Shown here: one piece after another, positions 36,128-45,789 of the stretch
Layout: each line of letters opens with the position of its first letter
How positions within the stretch are numbered: the stretch's first letter is position 1
Virus record (IMG/VR): IMGVR_UViG_3300023243_000009
Span: 74,668 to 138,667 of that record
Reading direction: 5' to 3' (one strand)
DNA from: a virus
DNA: 64,000 bases
Notes under the pieces: model-generated
Database searches by the model: none
Told to the model about the DNA's origin: nothing
Seen by the model: the letters and a program-made list of their open reading frames with translations, nothing else
Translations under genes and position numbers: made by a program

Positions 36128-37226
36128 CTTCTATTAAATTTTGAGCCTCAATCCAACCTCTATTTTTAGTTAATATTTTATGTTCTGGAGTGCATTGTAT
36201 TTTAAATCCCGTTACTTCATCCTCAATCTCTAATAATTCAGCTTCAGGGTTGGTTACTCCATAATTGGTAATAAGTTTATATTCCTTTTCCAAAGTCTCA
36301 AGATTATAACTTAAAACATAAACTTCAGAATGGGTTTGAAGTAAAAACTCAAGGTCTTGAATTTCTATTTCTTGTTTTTTATCTCCTATTTTAATGTTAA
36401 TTTTAGTATCCCCAGTAACACATATATTGGTCATTGTTACTTCTAGATTATTTAGCATGTAAGCCATTGGATTTTGTTTATTTACATTATCTTTGTACAT
36501 AATGTAAGGTTCACCTGTTTCCATTCTTGATTTTAAGACTTTAGCCCAAGTATTTAAAGCTTCAGAATCCCGTGTTTCTAATCTACGCATAAAATGATCA
36601 TCTACAACAACACATTGGTGTAAATTTAAACATTGTCTGTTTGGGTCTCCTTTTGGTCTTCTAATTTCTAAAAATTCATTAATATCCTCGTGATTGATGT
36701 CTAAATTAACTGAAGCTGCTCCTCTTCTAACATTGCCCTGATTTGTAGCTATAATAGATGAATCGAATATTTTAGCCCAAGGTACAACCCCTTCAGATTT
36801 CCCATTTCCCGAGATTTCAGTACCGCGTGGTCTGATGCGAGATAAGCCAATACCTACCCCACCACCGGAGGCGGTTAATTTCATTAGTTCTGCGTTTGTT
36901 AAACCTATTCCACGTATAGAATCGGGTGTATCTATACCAAAACATGAAATTGGTAACCCACGGCTTGTTCCCATATTTGATAAAACGGGGGATGCCAGGC
37001 CTAACCAACCATTCCACATTATTTTAAAGAATTTGGATGCTAATTCTGGTTTTTTTAACCTAAAAGCGGAGGCATTTGCTACTCTTTTATATGCTGTTCT
37101 TACTGTTTCTCCAGGTAGTAAGTAACCCTTGCTGATTGTTGCTAATGAGATTTCATCCATGTATTCAGGGTAATCTTTACCTGCAATCCAATTACTATAA
37201 TCTGCTATTAGTGAATTATTGTCCAT
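36108..37226 (-). CDS. nrdA: N-terminal half of class Ia RNR alpha fused to a split-intein N-part (104 aa)
   Basis: ASPVLSN, PISCF, GGGVG, RRGAASV, TGEPY; then TNI/CVTGDT...CTPEHKILT intein blocks A and B. Confidence 0.93.
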   Translation of the reverse strand: MDNNSLIADYSNWIAGKDYPEYMDEISLATISKGYLLPGETVRTAYKRVANASAFRLKKPELASKFFKIMWNGWLGLASPVLSNMGTSRGLPISCFGIDTPDSIRGIGLTNAELMKLTASGGGVGIGLSRIRPRGTEISGNGKSEGVVPWAKIFDSSIIATNQGNVRRGAASVNLDINHEDINEFLEIRRPKGDPNRQCLNLHQCVVVDDHFMRRLETRDSEALNTWAKVLKSRMETGEPYIMYKDNVNKQNPMAYMLNNLEVTMTNICVTGDTKINIKIGDKKQEIEIQDLEFLLQTHSEVYVLSYNLETLEKEYKLITNYGVTNPEAELLEIEDEVTGFKIQCTPEHKILTKNRGWIEAQNLIEDDELIY

Positions 37227-37243
37227 TTTTTTGTTTTAGTTTA

Positions 37244-38233
37244 TTAAAATAAGTCGTTTACATCCCAATTCTGTACTCCTTTTGAATAATTAGTTACCCT
37301 TACGGCGAAGAAATCGGAGTGCTGTTTTCCAGCAGATAAACTATCAAACCATTTCATTCTTTTAATAGAAGCTGCATCTATACCATTTACAATAGAATCA
37401 TATCCTAAATCTTGCATTTTAGTATTAACTCTATATTTGATAAAAGATACTAAATCGTATTTTGAGCATCCCTCTAAATCTCCCATTGCATATACTTTGT
37501 CAATGAAGCCTAATTCAAGTTTTAAAGATAATTTAGCTGCTTCTTCAATTTCAATTCTTAATTCAGGGGTATTTAGGTCAGGGTTTTCTACCATTAATTG
37601 TCTAAATAACCAACATCCTGCTTCTGAGTGTAATGATTCATCTCTGATGCTCCATTCTACAATTTGTCCTACTCCTTTTAATTTATTTTGTAATTTAAAA
37701 GATAATAAAATAGCAAAGGATGAAAATAAATTAACACCCTCGGTAAATGCAGAGAAGATTGCTAAGGATTTTGCTCGGGCAGACCAATCTGGTTCCCCAT
37801 TATGTGAATCTCTCACATCCATTAAAGCTTGAATTTTTGCCATTGTAGCTTCATCTTCTAAAAATTCAGAAAAATTATCTAAACCTAATTCTTCATTTAA
37901 TAGAGAATAGGCTTCAGCATGTATAGTTTCAAATGCCCCGAATGTAACCGCCATTTTAATAATCTCGGGTTTTCTGAACCAAGAGGTAACTAAATTGGTC
38001 CAATAATCATTTACTACAGTTTCAGTTTGTGCAAATCCTTTTAGGATTGAACCTACAATATTTTTTTCATTTACTGTTAAATTTTGTTTCCAATCATTTA
38101 CATCTGACATCATGGGAACTTCTGTGTGGAGCCAATGTGCTTGGTGTTGTTTTAACCAATAATCGTGGGCTTCAGGGTATTCGAATGGCTTGTAAACTAT
38201 TCTTTCTTCTTTAATGTCTCTTTTTTTACTCAT
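37244..38233 (-). CDS. nrdB: Class I RNR beta subunit
   Basis: ETIHAEAY, TEGVNLFSSF, IRDESLH, DFF. Confidence 0.95.
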   Translation of the reverse strand: MSKKRDIKEERIVYKPFEYPEAHDYWLKQHQAHWLHTEVPMMSDVNDWKQNLTVNEKNIVGSILKGFAQTETVVNDYWTNLVTSWFRKPEIIKMAVTFGAFETIHAEAYSLLNEELGLDNFSEFLEDEATMAKIQALMDVRDSHNGEPDWSARAKSLAIFSAFTEGVNLFSSFAILLSFKLQNKLKGVGQIVEWSIRDESLHSEAGCWLFRQLMVENPDLNTPELRIEIEEAAKLSLKLELGFIDKVYAMGDLEGCSKYDLVSFIKYRVNTKMQDLGYDSIVNGIDAASIKRMKWFDSLSAGKQHSDFFAVRVTNYSKGVQNWDVNDLF

Positions 38234-38247
38234 GATTTAATAATTAA

Positions 38248-39624
38248 TTATTCGTTACCTAATTCAAAAAACCTTTCTCTTAATAATTGTTTATCTGTAG
38301 CATTTACACCCGTATCAAACTTATTTGATTGGTGGGCAGGGGTTAAATGCTCGTCCCCATTACTCGTATCTTGGTAATCGTATACTTCAAAATGTCCAGT
38401 TGAAGTGTTAGCATTTACACCAAATGTAAGACCGTCAATACCATATCTATTTTTCATTATATGGAATCTTCCGGTATTGTTAACTTTATCTTCTTTTTTA
38501 CGTGAAAGAGACATACAGAAATCAGTAATCATAATCTTATCATAAGACCCGGCTGCTTTATCCCCTTCAATAATATCATCTTTTGCACCTGCACGATTAA
38601 CTTGAGAAACTGACCAAATAGGTATATTTAACTGTTTTGCTAATCCCTTAGTGCTTGTATAAATATCATCAATTTCATCTTTACGCTCACGGTTGGTTTT
38701 TCTTGATGCAAGAAGATCTACATAATCTATAATAATCATATCAGGTTTTATCCCTAAGCTAATACACTTAGATATATGAGATTCAATGGTTGATACTGTT
38801 GCTCTACCTGTAGGGTATTCCTTTACAATCAAACTTCCAGGTAATTGAGGTAGAATTTCTTCTACTTTATCACGGTGGGAGTCTATTTTATCAACTGGTA
38901 TTTTGGTGAAAAAAGCATCGTATCTTTTAGCTACATATTCTTCACCTAATTCTAGAGTATAATGTAAAACATTATACCCCAATTTAACAGCATACCCTCC
39001 TAATGCTACTAATGACCAGGATTTACCACCCCCAGGATTACCAAATATAAGACCGAAATCACCATTACCTAAACCTCCCTGTAGGATAGTATTTACGCGT
39101 TCCCAAGGAGTAGGAACAGTAGTTCTTGAATTTTCTCTATAACGAGATTCAATGTCTTTAACATATTCATGCCCCAAATTTTTATCTTGCCCCGATTTTA
39201 AAGCACTATCAATCAAAAAACGAATCCCATCATAATCCCCGGCTTGTAACATATCAACCGAAGACATTAATGCCTTTTTCAATTGTTGGTTTTTACAAAA
39301 ATTAGTAAATTCTTCTTGAACATATTCTAAATCATCATCAGAAGAAATATAGGCTTGTTTAAGTTGCTCTCTAATTGAAATTTGTAAAACCTCGTTGTCT
39401 ACTTTTTGTAATTCTACTTTTAAAATATCTAATGAGGGTGTTGTGTGGTATTTTTGGTAATATTTTAAAATTTCTCTAATAATCCACTTCATTGCACTAT
39501 TCTCAAAATCATCTTCCGAAATAATATCGTGGATGTTAATTAGAAATTCTTTATGACTTAATAAAGATGATAACACTTTTATTTGGAAGTCATTTCCATA
39601 CTGGTTTACTGAGGAAAGGGTCAT
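38248..39624 (-). CDS. Replicative DnaB-like helicase (T4 gp41-like)
   Basis: GNPGGGKS, HYTLEL, IIIDYVDL, SVSQVNR, KNRYG. Confidence 0.92.
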   Translation of the reverse strand: MTLSSVNQYGNDFQIKVLSSLLSHKEFLINIHDIISEDDFENSAMKWIIREILKYYQKYHTTPSLDILKVELQKVDNEVLQISIREQLKQAYISSDDDLEYVQEEFTNFCKNQQLKKALMSSVDMLQAGDYDGIRFLIDSALKSGQDKNLGHEYVKDIESRYRENSRTTVPTPWERVNTILQGGLGNGDFGLIFGNPGGGKSWSLVALGGYAVKLGYNVLHYTLELGEEYVAKRYDAFFTKIPVDKIDSHRDKVEEILPQLPGSLIVKEYPTGRATVSTIESHISKCISLGIKPDMIIIDYVDLLASRKTNRERKDEIDDIYTSTKGLAKQLNIPIWSVSQVNRAGAKDDIIEGDKAAGSYDKIMITDFCMSLSRKKEDKVNNTGRFHIMKNRYGIDGLTFGVNANTSTGHFEVYDYQDTSNGDEHLTPAHQSNKFDTGVNATDKQLLRERFFELGNE

Positions 39625-39653
39625 TTATATAACTTTTATTTTTAATATTAATA

Positions 39654-40691
39654 CTAATTGTATTTAGTAAAGGGGGTAAAGATTTCTTTTAACCATATGT
39701 CTAAATTTCTAATCATACCCCCAAGTTTATCTTCATTATAAAACTGAATAAACATTTCGGGATAGAAATCAGGTAAGTCATTTTTAATTAAAGTGTCGAT
39801 GTGTGCTTTACCCCTATCATCTATCATAGGATTACTTAGATCCATTACCTTGTAATTAATCTCTATTCTACTTCTTTCTTGAAGTATACGTGAATATACA
39901 ATATGTTCTTTAAATTTTCCGGCTGATATCTCAAATATATTTTCTAAAGTTAATTCTTGGGTTTTTAATTCCGGGAATTTTTTAAATAAACCTTTAGCTC
40001 CTAAACCCTTGATACCTTGGATATTATCGGATGAATCTCCTAATAATGTTTTCATTAAAATAAAATTTGAAGGTAAAAGCCCAAATTTCTCCTCTACCAC
40101 CTTTGGAGTATAATATTCTTTTTCCATAGGTCGGTACACAATAATTTTATCCGTAACTAACTGAAGGAAATCTTTATCAGAGGATACAATAAAGCAAGTA
40201 GAATTAAATTTTTCTACCAACTTTTCGGATAATACCGCTATGATATCATCTGCTTCTACTTTATCAAGTATAGTAGTTTTAACAGGTAATAGTTTTAGGT
40301 ATTGAATAATCCTTACAATTTGATCGATTTTAGAATCATGTTCATCTTCTAGATTGTCAAATGCCTCCCAATTAGTAATACGTTGTAAATTTCTAGTTCC
40401 CTTATATTCAGAGATTAGATTTTTTCTACTCGAGGATGAACCCGCGCCATCAAACACCACATACACAGATGTGGGGTTTGTTTGACGGATCATAGCTCCT
40501 AATGAACGAAAAAAACCACCTAGTCCCCCAACATGCACCCCATCGGGGTTAACCATATTCATCATAGCAAAATTTCTAAAAAATAGGTTTAACCCATCTA
40601 ATATTAAAACTCTATCATGTCTTTTTAATTGAGGCTCTTCCCCTTGTTCCTGGATATTATCCAGGAGACTAAATAATTCTTTGTTGTTCAT
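39654..40691 (-). CDS. 5'-3' exonuclease / RNase H (flap endonuclease family)
   Basis: LDGLNLFFR, VVFDG, YKGTR, EADD, SSDKDFLQL, GDSSDNIQGIKGLG. Confidence 0.92.
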   Translation of the reverse strand: MNNKELFSLLDNIQEQGEEPQLKRHDRVLILDGLNLFFRNFAMMNMVNPDGVHVGGLGGFFRSLGAMIRQTNPTSVYVVFDGAGSSSSRKNLISEYKGTRNLQRITNWEAFDNLEDEHDSKIDQIVRIIQYLKLLPVKTTILDKVEADDIIAVLSEKLVEKFNSTCFIVSSDKDFLQLVTDKIIVYRPMEKEYYTPKVVEEKFGLLPSNFILMKTLLGDSSDNIQGIKGLGAKGLFKKFPELKTQELTLENIFEISAGKFKEHIVYSRILQERSRIEINYKVMDLSNPMIDDRGKAHIDTLIKNDLPDFYPEMFIQFYNEDKLGGMIRNLDIWLKEIFTPFTKYN

Positions 40692-40694
40692 ATT

Positions 40695-41774
40695 TTATTC
40701 TGGTTCTACTTCAAAATGGGACATACCTTGGCTTTCATCTCCTTCTTCAACAACCTGGAAGTCATCTCCACCTAAAAATTTACTCCATTCTTGAGAATAT
40801 TTGGCTTTATATGCTTTCAGTTCCTTCTCATCATCATTAATGAACCCATGAGGAGTCATAATAATTTTACCTCTAGTAGTTACACCGTTAACGTGGTTTT
40901 TATCAATTTGTAAATTAGTACGTTTAGCAAATTCAACCTGTTTCCCATCTTTAATTGCTTTGATTTTAGAGGTCCCGGCATTAGATATATTTCCAAATGT
41001 AACTACGAATGTTGCATCGTACCACATAGCCATACCCCCTTTATTCATCATCTTAGGTTGACCCATAGGTGATTCAGCTTTAGCAGTCCAGACTTTATTG
41101 ATACAGCACAAAGTATTGGTATAAGGTGCTGATTCTTTACGAGACAATACAATACTTTGATTAACTGTATTACCAAATTGTGTTGACATTGCACCTGCAT
41201 TCCATTCATTGTTATTTTTCAATTTTTCAACTGACATAGCACAAGGAATAGAACCAATTGAGTCCCAAAAGAAACATAAATCATAAGGTAAATTACCTTT
41301 TTTCTGCTCATTTGTTAAATCCATAATAAAGGCAGCTACATCTTCTATAGTATGAACTGTCTCTCTATCAACGTAGATAAAATTACCATCATAGTCAAGA
41401 ACTTCACCTGTATCCTTATCTTTAATAATATTAACTTCTAGCCCCATTTGTGAAGCGTGTTCCCAATTCCATTTCATTTCCGTAATGATGAAGACGGGTA
41501 ATACCCCCATTTTCTGTGCTGATACGGCTGCTTCAAGCAAAGCAGTTGTTTTACCAGTATCAGAATGTCCTCTAAGTAATGAAATGTGTCCCATAGGTAT
41601 ACCAGGTATTCCAGCGATTTCTTGAAAAGCAGGGGATAATGGTATCCATTTTTGATCCTTAAATTTGATGTTTTTATCTAATCCCTTCTTGCTTTTAAAT
41701 TTATTTAAATCAAATTTACTTTGTATTTCAGCGGACACTGCCGCTGAAAGGGATTTAGGTGGTCTTTTTGCCAT
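40695..41774 (-). CDS. UvsX/RecA-like recombinase
   Basis: RGHSDTGKTT, FFWDSIGS, KGG. Confidence 0.85.
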   Translation of the reverse strand: MAKRPPKSLSAAVSAEIQSKFDLNKFKSKKGLDKNIKFKDQKWIPLSPAFQEIAGIPGIPMGHISLLRGHSDTGKTTALLEAAVSAQKMGVLPVFIITEMKWNWEHASQMGLEVNIIKDKDTGEVLDYDGNFIYVDRETVHTIEDVAAFIMDLTNEQKKGNLPYDLCFFWDSIGSIPCAMSVEKLKNNNEWNAGAMSTQFGNTVNQSIVLSRKESAPYTNTLCCINKVWTAKAESPMGQPKMMNKGGMAMWYDATFVVTFGNISNAGTSKIKAIKDGKQVEFAKRTNLQIDKNHVNGVTTRGKIIMTPHGFINDDEKELKAYKAKYSQEWSKFLGGDDFQVVEEGDESQGMSHFEVEPE

Positions 41775-41777
41775 ATA

Positions 41778-42614
41778 TTAAAAAGGTAGATCATCTGTTT
41801 CTAAAGTTGGATCTCCAAATAAAGTATCAAATTGGTTTCCTTTAGATTGTTTAACTCTTGGTGTTGATGTATTTAATGAAAAATCAGTTTTATTAGACTC
41901 AAACCCTACTGATGGTTCTGAGATTATATCACCTTCCCTGTTTGCGTCTTCGGGTGATAACCATTTTTCAAGGGCAGATTTCATCTCTTCAAATGAATAT
42001 TTCTTAAATAAATCTTCAGGGTTTGGTTGGTCTTTCATCCAAGTTTCAACTTCTTCTTTATTTTCACTTAATGGTGTTGATTTTAATCTAACACGAACCG
42101 ATGATTTATTATAAGCGGTACCTGTAGATTCTGGTCCTACTGTCTCCACTGTTAAATCTCTCCCATTTACAATGTCAGTATAATCTCCAATTTCATCATC
42201 CACCGCAAGGGCTAATAATTCTTCATATACTTGTTTTCCAAACTGCCACAATCTAGCACCTTTATCTTCTTCACCTCTAACTACTACAGGGATAAAAATA
42301 CGGTTTTTAGGGTCTAATTTTTTAGCAAGTAAATAATTTTCCTTGTTATACTCTTCTCTAAGTTTTTGTGCAAACAATGCAATTGGGTCCTTCTCACCAA
42401 AATTTAAGGGTGAAACCATAACCTTATTAGTAATACCATAGTAGAATTTTAATTCCTTAAATGGGTTTTTAGGGTTAAAAACAGAGGGTACAATTCTAAT
42501 TTGGTGCTTTCCTACTTTAGGTGACCAAAAAATGGTAGTGTAATCTGTTTTTAAATTTGAGGTTTGTTTTTGTTGAAGACCTTCTAACTTCTTTTTCAAT
42601 ACTGATAAATCCAT
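41778..42614 (-). CDS. Single-stranded DNA-binding protein (T4 gp32-like)
   Basis: HQIRIVP, VVVRGEE..G.RLWQFGK, acidic DDLPF tail. Confidence 0.8.
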   Translation of the reverse strand: MDLSVLKKKLEGLQQKQTSNLKTDYTTIFWSPKVGKHQIRIVPSVFNPKNPFKELKFYYGITNKVMVSPLNFGEKDPIALFAQKLREEYNKENYLLAKKLDPKNRIFIPVVVRGEEDKGARLWQFGKQVYEELLALAVDDEIGDYTDIVNGRDLTVETVGPESTGTAYNKSSVRVRLKSTPLSENKEEVETWMKDQPNPEDLFKKYSFEEMKSALEKWLSPEDANREGDIISEPSVGFESNKTDFSLNTSTPRVKQSKGNQFDTLFGDPTLETDDLPF

Positions 42615-42698
42615 AACTTTACTTTTATTTGATAACTGTTTGTAATAATTAAATATATGAAACCCCTTCCGGGGTTCCTAATTTGTTTTGTTTTTTCT

Positions 42699-43037
42699 TT
42701 AGACGTTGTATGATATAGCATAAAGTGTTTTTCCTCCTACTTCCAAAGTGAAATTATATGCATCACCAAAAATATCTTCTACTTTGCTTTTATCAAAAGA
42801 GAAATCTAAACCTGCTTCACCAAATCCTGCTATTGCATTGTCTAGTTCACCTTCACTATCTCCACCTACTTCAATTTCCATCCCATTATACTCTTCTTTA
42901 TCATCTTCATCAAATCGAAGCTCTTGGGCTAACTTACCTATAAATTCTGCTTTATTTTGTTTAAGGAAGGAAAGGATGTTATCTTCTCTAATTTCTCCTT
43001 CTGCTAAGTATTTTCTAAATGTGTTTAATTCTTTCAT
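42699..43037 (-). CDS. Hypothetical acidic protein
   Basis: 112-aa ORF starting MKELNTFRKYLAEG. Confidence 0.55.
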   Translation of the reverse strand: MKELNTFRKYLAEGEIREDNILSFLKQNKAEFIGKLAQELRFDEDDKEEYNGMEIEVGGDSEGELDNAIAGFGEAGLDFSFDKSKVEDIFGDAYNFTLEVGGKTLYAISYNV

Positions 43038-43513
43038 TATAACTCTATTATTTTATGTATTTTAGTATTCAATTGTGCCAACTCGTTGTTTTGAGTAAGT
43101 AATATACAATTTTTATAGTGTTTCCACTCAATTCTATATCTAGGATCTACCACACCACCATTCAAACTCTTAATCAATTGATTTAAAGCATTTATAGTAT
43201 ATAAGGTATTAGAATCCTTTTTCCTATGCACTAGAATAGTATTATCTGGGATGGTATTAACATTCCCTTGATCTACATTGTATGTAACTACATATTCGTC
43301 TTTATCTTCAATGGCAAGTACAAATATCTTATTGTACATTATGTCATATTTAGATTTTATATCTTCTATTAACTTATCTAATTCCTCGGTATTAGTAAAA
43401 GTTGCAAATAATTTATTGTTCAAATCACCAACATTTTTCAATTCGGTTATAATATCATAACTCGAATTATACATATATGGGGATTTATCTAAAGTTGTAA
43501 CTGCTTCCTTCAT
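43037..43513 (-). CDS. Hypothetical protein
   Basis: 158-aa ORF containing LVHRKKDSNTLYTINALN. Confidence 0.65.
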   Translation of the reverse strand: MKEAVTTLDKSPYMYNSSYDIITELKNVGDLNNKLFATFTNTEELDKLIEDIKSKYDIMYNKIFVLAIEDKDEYVVTYNVDQGNVNTIPDNTILVHRKKDSNTLYTINALNQLIKSLNGGVVDPRYRIEWKHYKNCILLTQNNELAQLNTKIHKIIEL

Positions 43514-43558
43514 TTTCCTTTACTTTTAATTTATAATTTATATGTAAATATACAACCC

Positions 43559-43740
43559 TTACTTAGACCCACCTAATATTTTTATATGGGGTTTCAATTC
43601 GTCTTCTATATAATTTTTAACTAATATATTATACTCCCCATTAATTGGAGAATTAAAATTATTTTTCTTACTCCAATTTTCTAAAGCAGGAATAAAGTGT
43701 AAATTTCTTGTATTTCCCCACATTTAGAACATTTCTTCAT
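43559..43740 (-). pseudogene. Internally deleted HNH homing-endonuclease remnant
   Basis: MKKCSKCGEI start followed out of frame by NLHFIPALENWSKKN. Confidence 0.55.
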
Positions 43741-43762
43741 TTTATTATACACATTAGAAAAA

Positions 43763-45055
43763 CTAGGGGGAGACCAGAGAATGGTAATTTTCTCCTTCCT
43801 TATAATTTAATTCAAACCCATAATTCGTATATATGTTCTTAATTATATTTAGGACAACACCCATTTCACTATCCCTTATGTCTAAAAGTATTGAATCATA
43901 TACATATAAAATTAGTTTTGAATCAAAACCCCTTAACTTACTAAGCACCTCCCATAAAATTGTTACTTGCATAGAAGATTCAAGACATTGTAATAAATAA
44001 TTTAAAATTTTCCCAGGGTTCATATTAACATGATTGATTTTAGATAAAATATAACCAGATATGGGACATACTATATATCCTTGCTTATTATATTCATCCC
44101 ATAAATTTTTTTTATATAATGATATTTTTTGGAAAAATTCTAAATCTTTATATTCTTCTAAAGTACTACTATTTATTTGTTTTAGAGTTAATATTTTTGC
44201 CTCTTTCCTCCCTAAGCCGTAAATTTCCCCTAAGTATTCATATATACCCCCAGAGGGTATTTTATAATCTATAAGTTTAGATAAAATAACCACATGCATA
44301 CTTTTAACATCGAGTTCCACAAACCTGTTATTACGTGGTATAAAACTTTTTCTGCATCCATTTTCTTTATTAAGTGCGGCATAATTTACGTTTTTAAATT
44401 TATTTGAGGGTCTTGTTGTTGTTGTTTTTAAGTTATATTGAGTGTAGACGTATTCCTCACCTGATAGGGGGTGGAAATATTCTTCGAAGGTTGGTACATG
44501 TACTTTAATTCCACTTCGCTCGATTGCGTTGAATACCATTGATACTTTATTATTAAAGAATTCATTGTATTTTGTTTTACATTGGTTTATAGTTGTTTTT
44601 AAATCTCTGAATATCGTTTCACATAATTCATAATGTTTAACAACCGGGATAATTTGGTTTATATTTGGGTTATCACCATGTTGTCTATAATATAATTCAT
44701 GTGTTTGTGTTGTAGGTCGTATATACGTAGTGGGGGGTGGTGTGGTGTTCCAAAGTGTTTTTAGAGGAAAATAATGTAATATTTCCTTTTTATCTCTACA
44801 ATATAGAACTTCAAAGTTTTTTAGTATGTCAAATATGTCTGTTTCATACGTGTTTAATTCGTTTAAAGTTTCACTATGGTTGACCCCTAACATAAACCCC
44901 TTGCTTGATTCATTTGGTCTAATATACACTAAAGATATGTGGTTTTGTGTTGGGTGTATATTATCATTGTATGGTATTACTTCTATGAATGCCTCCTTAT
45001 AACCACTATTGTGGAAACACCTTAATTGCTCTTCTGTTTCTATTAACCAATACAT
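43763..45055 (-). CDS. Family A DNA polymerase-like protein (short, degenerate motifs)
   Basis: TTTTRPSN, FVELD (motif A), LYVYDSILLD (motif C-like); motif B region lacks YG. Confidence 0.7.
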   Translation of the reverse strand: MYWLIETEEQLRCFHNSGYKEAFIEVIPYNDNIHPTQNHISLVYIRPNESSKGFMLGVNHSETLNELNTYETDIFDILKNFEVLYCRDKKEILHYFPLKTLWNTTPPPTTYIRPTTQTHELYYRQHGDNPNINQIIPVVKHYELCETIFRDLKTTINQCKTKYNEFFNNKVSMVFNAIERSGIKVHVPTFEEYFHPLSGEEYVYTQYNLKTTTTRPSNKFKNVNYAALNKENGCRKSFIPRNNRFVELDVKSMHVVILSKLIDYKIPSGGIYEYLGEIYGLGRKEAKILTLKQINSSTLEEYKDLEFFQKISLYKKNLWDEYNKQGYIVCPISGYILSKINHVNMNPGKILNYLLQCLESSMQVTILWEVLSKLRGFDSKLILYVYDSILLDIRDSEMGVVLNIIKNIYTNYGFELNYKEGENYHSLVSP

Positions 45056-45167
45056 TTATAACCTTTTGTTGGTAATGTAATAAGGCTCCCTATGGGAGCC
45101 TAGTTATTTGTTGTTTGTTATTTGTTATTTGGTATAAATATATGAAAGTAAATTAAGATATCAACAT

Positions 45168-45779
45168 TTATTTGCAGAATTGGTCGTATCTTTTTTTAAA
45201 GTAAGATGTAAAACCTCTTAACCTATTATCTCTTTGGGATTTTTCAACAATATTTTTATTTGTATTATACACTTGATTTCTATCTCCGGTTATGTCCCAG
45301 GGTAATGTAATTGGTTCATATAATTGATATGCTACCATTTCATCTCTATTTACATATTTTTGATATTGTTCTTTGTTTACCTCTATGAATTTAGGTTCGT
45401 TTGTTTTACTTAAAAAATATCTTTGAAATTCACCTAATTTATAATCGGATTCTGTTGGTTGAGGATAGATTCTGATGGGTTGAGATGGTGTAACGGTATT
45501 TGGGAGGGGGGTGTTTAAATAATCCCAAGTCCATATTGTTGTTTTTGTTTTAGAAATTAGGGAAAGATTGGCAAGGCCTAAACTTTGATCATTTATAATT
45601 TTTGATTCTAGTTCTATTAAAAGTCTTACAGGTTGGTCTTGTGGGTTTTTACCCGTATAATAGGCACCAGTAGATGTTGAAAAATAAGAACCAATATATT
45701 CTTCTCCTGTGGCTTCAATTATAAATTCTTCACCAGATGTAGATAAATTTGTTTTTATTTGTGATTTTGGGAAATACAT
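45168..45779 (-). CDS. Hypothetical late/virion protein
   Basis: 203 aa; last gene of the baseplate cluster. Confidence 0.65.
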   Translation of the reverse strand: MYFPKSQIKTNLSTSGEEFIIEATGEEYIGSYFSTSTGAYYTGKNPQDQPVRLLIELESKIINDQSLGLANLSLISKTKTTIWTWDYLNTPLPNTVTPSQPIRIYPQPTESDYKLGEFQRYFLSKTNEPKFIEVNKEQYQKYVNRDEMVAYQLYEPITLPWDITGDRNQVYNTNKNIVEKSQRDNRLRGFTSYFKKRYDQFCK

Positions 45780-45789
45780 AAATTAAGTA

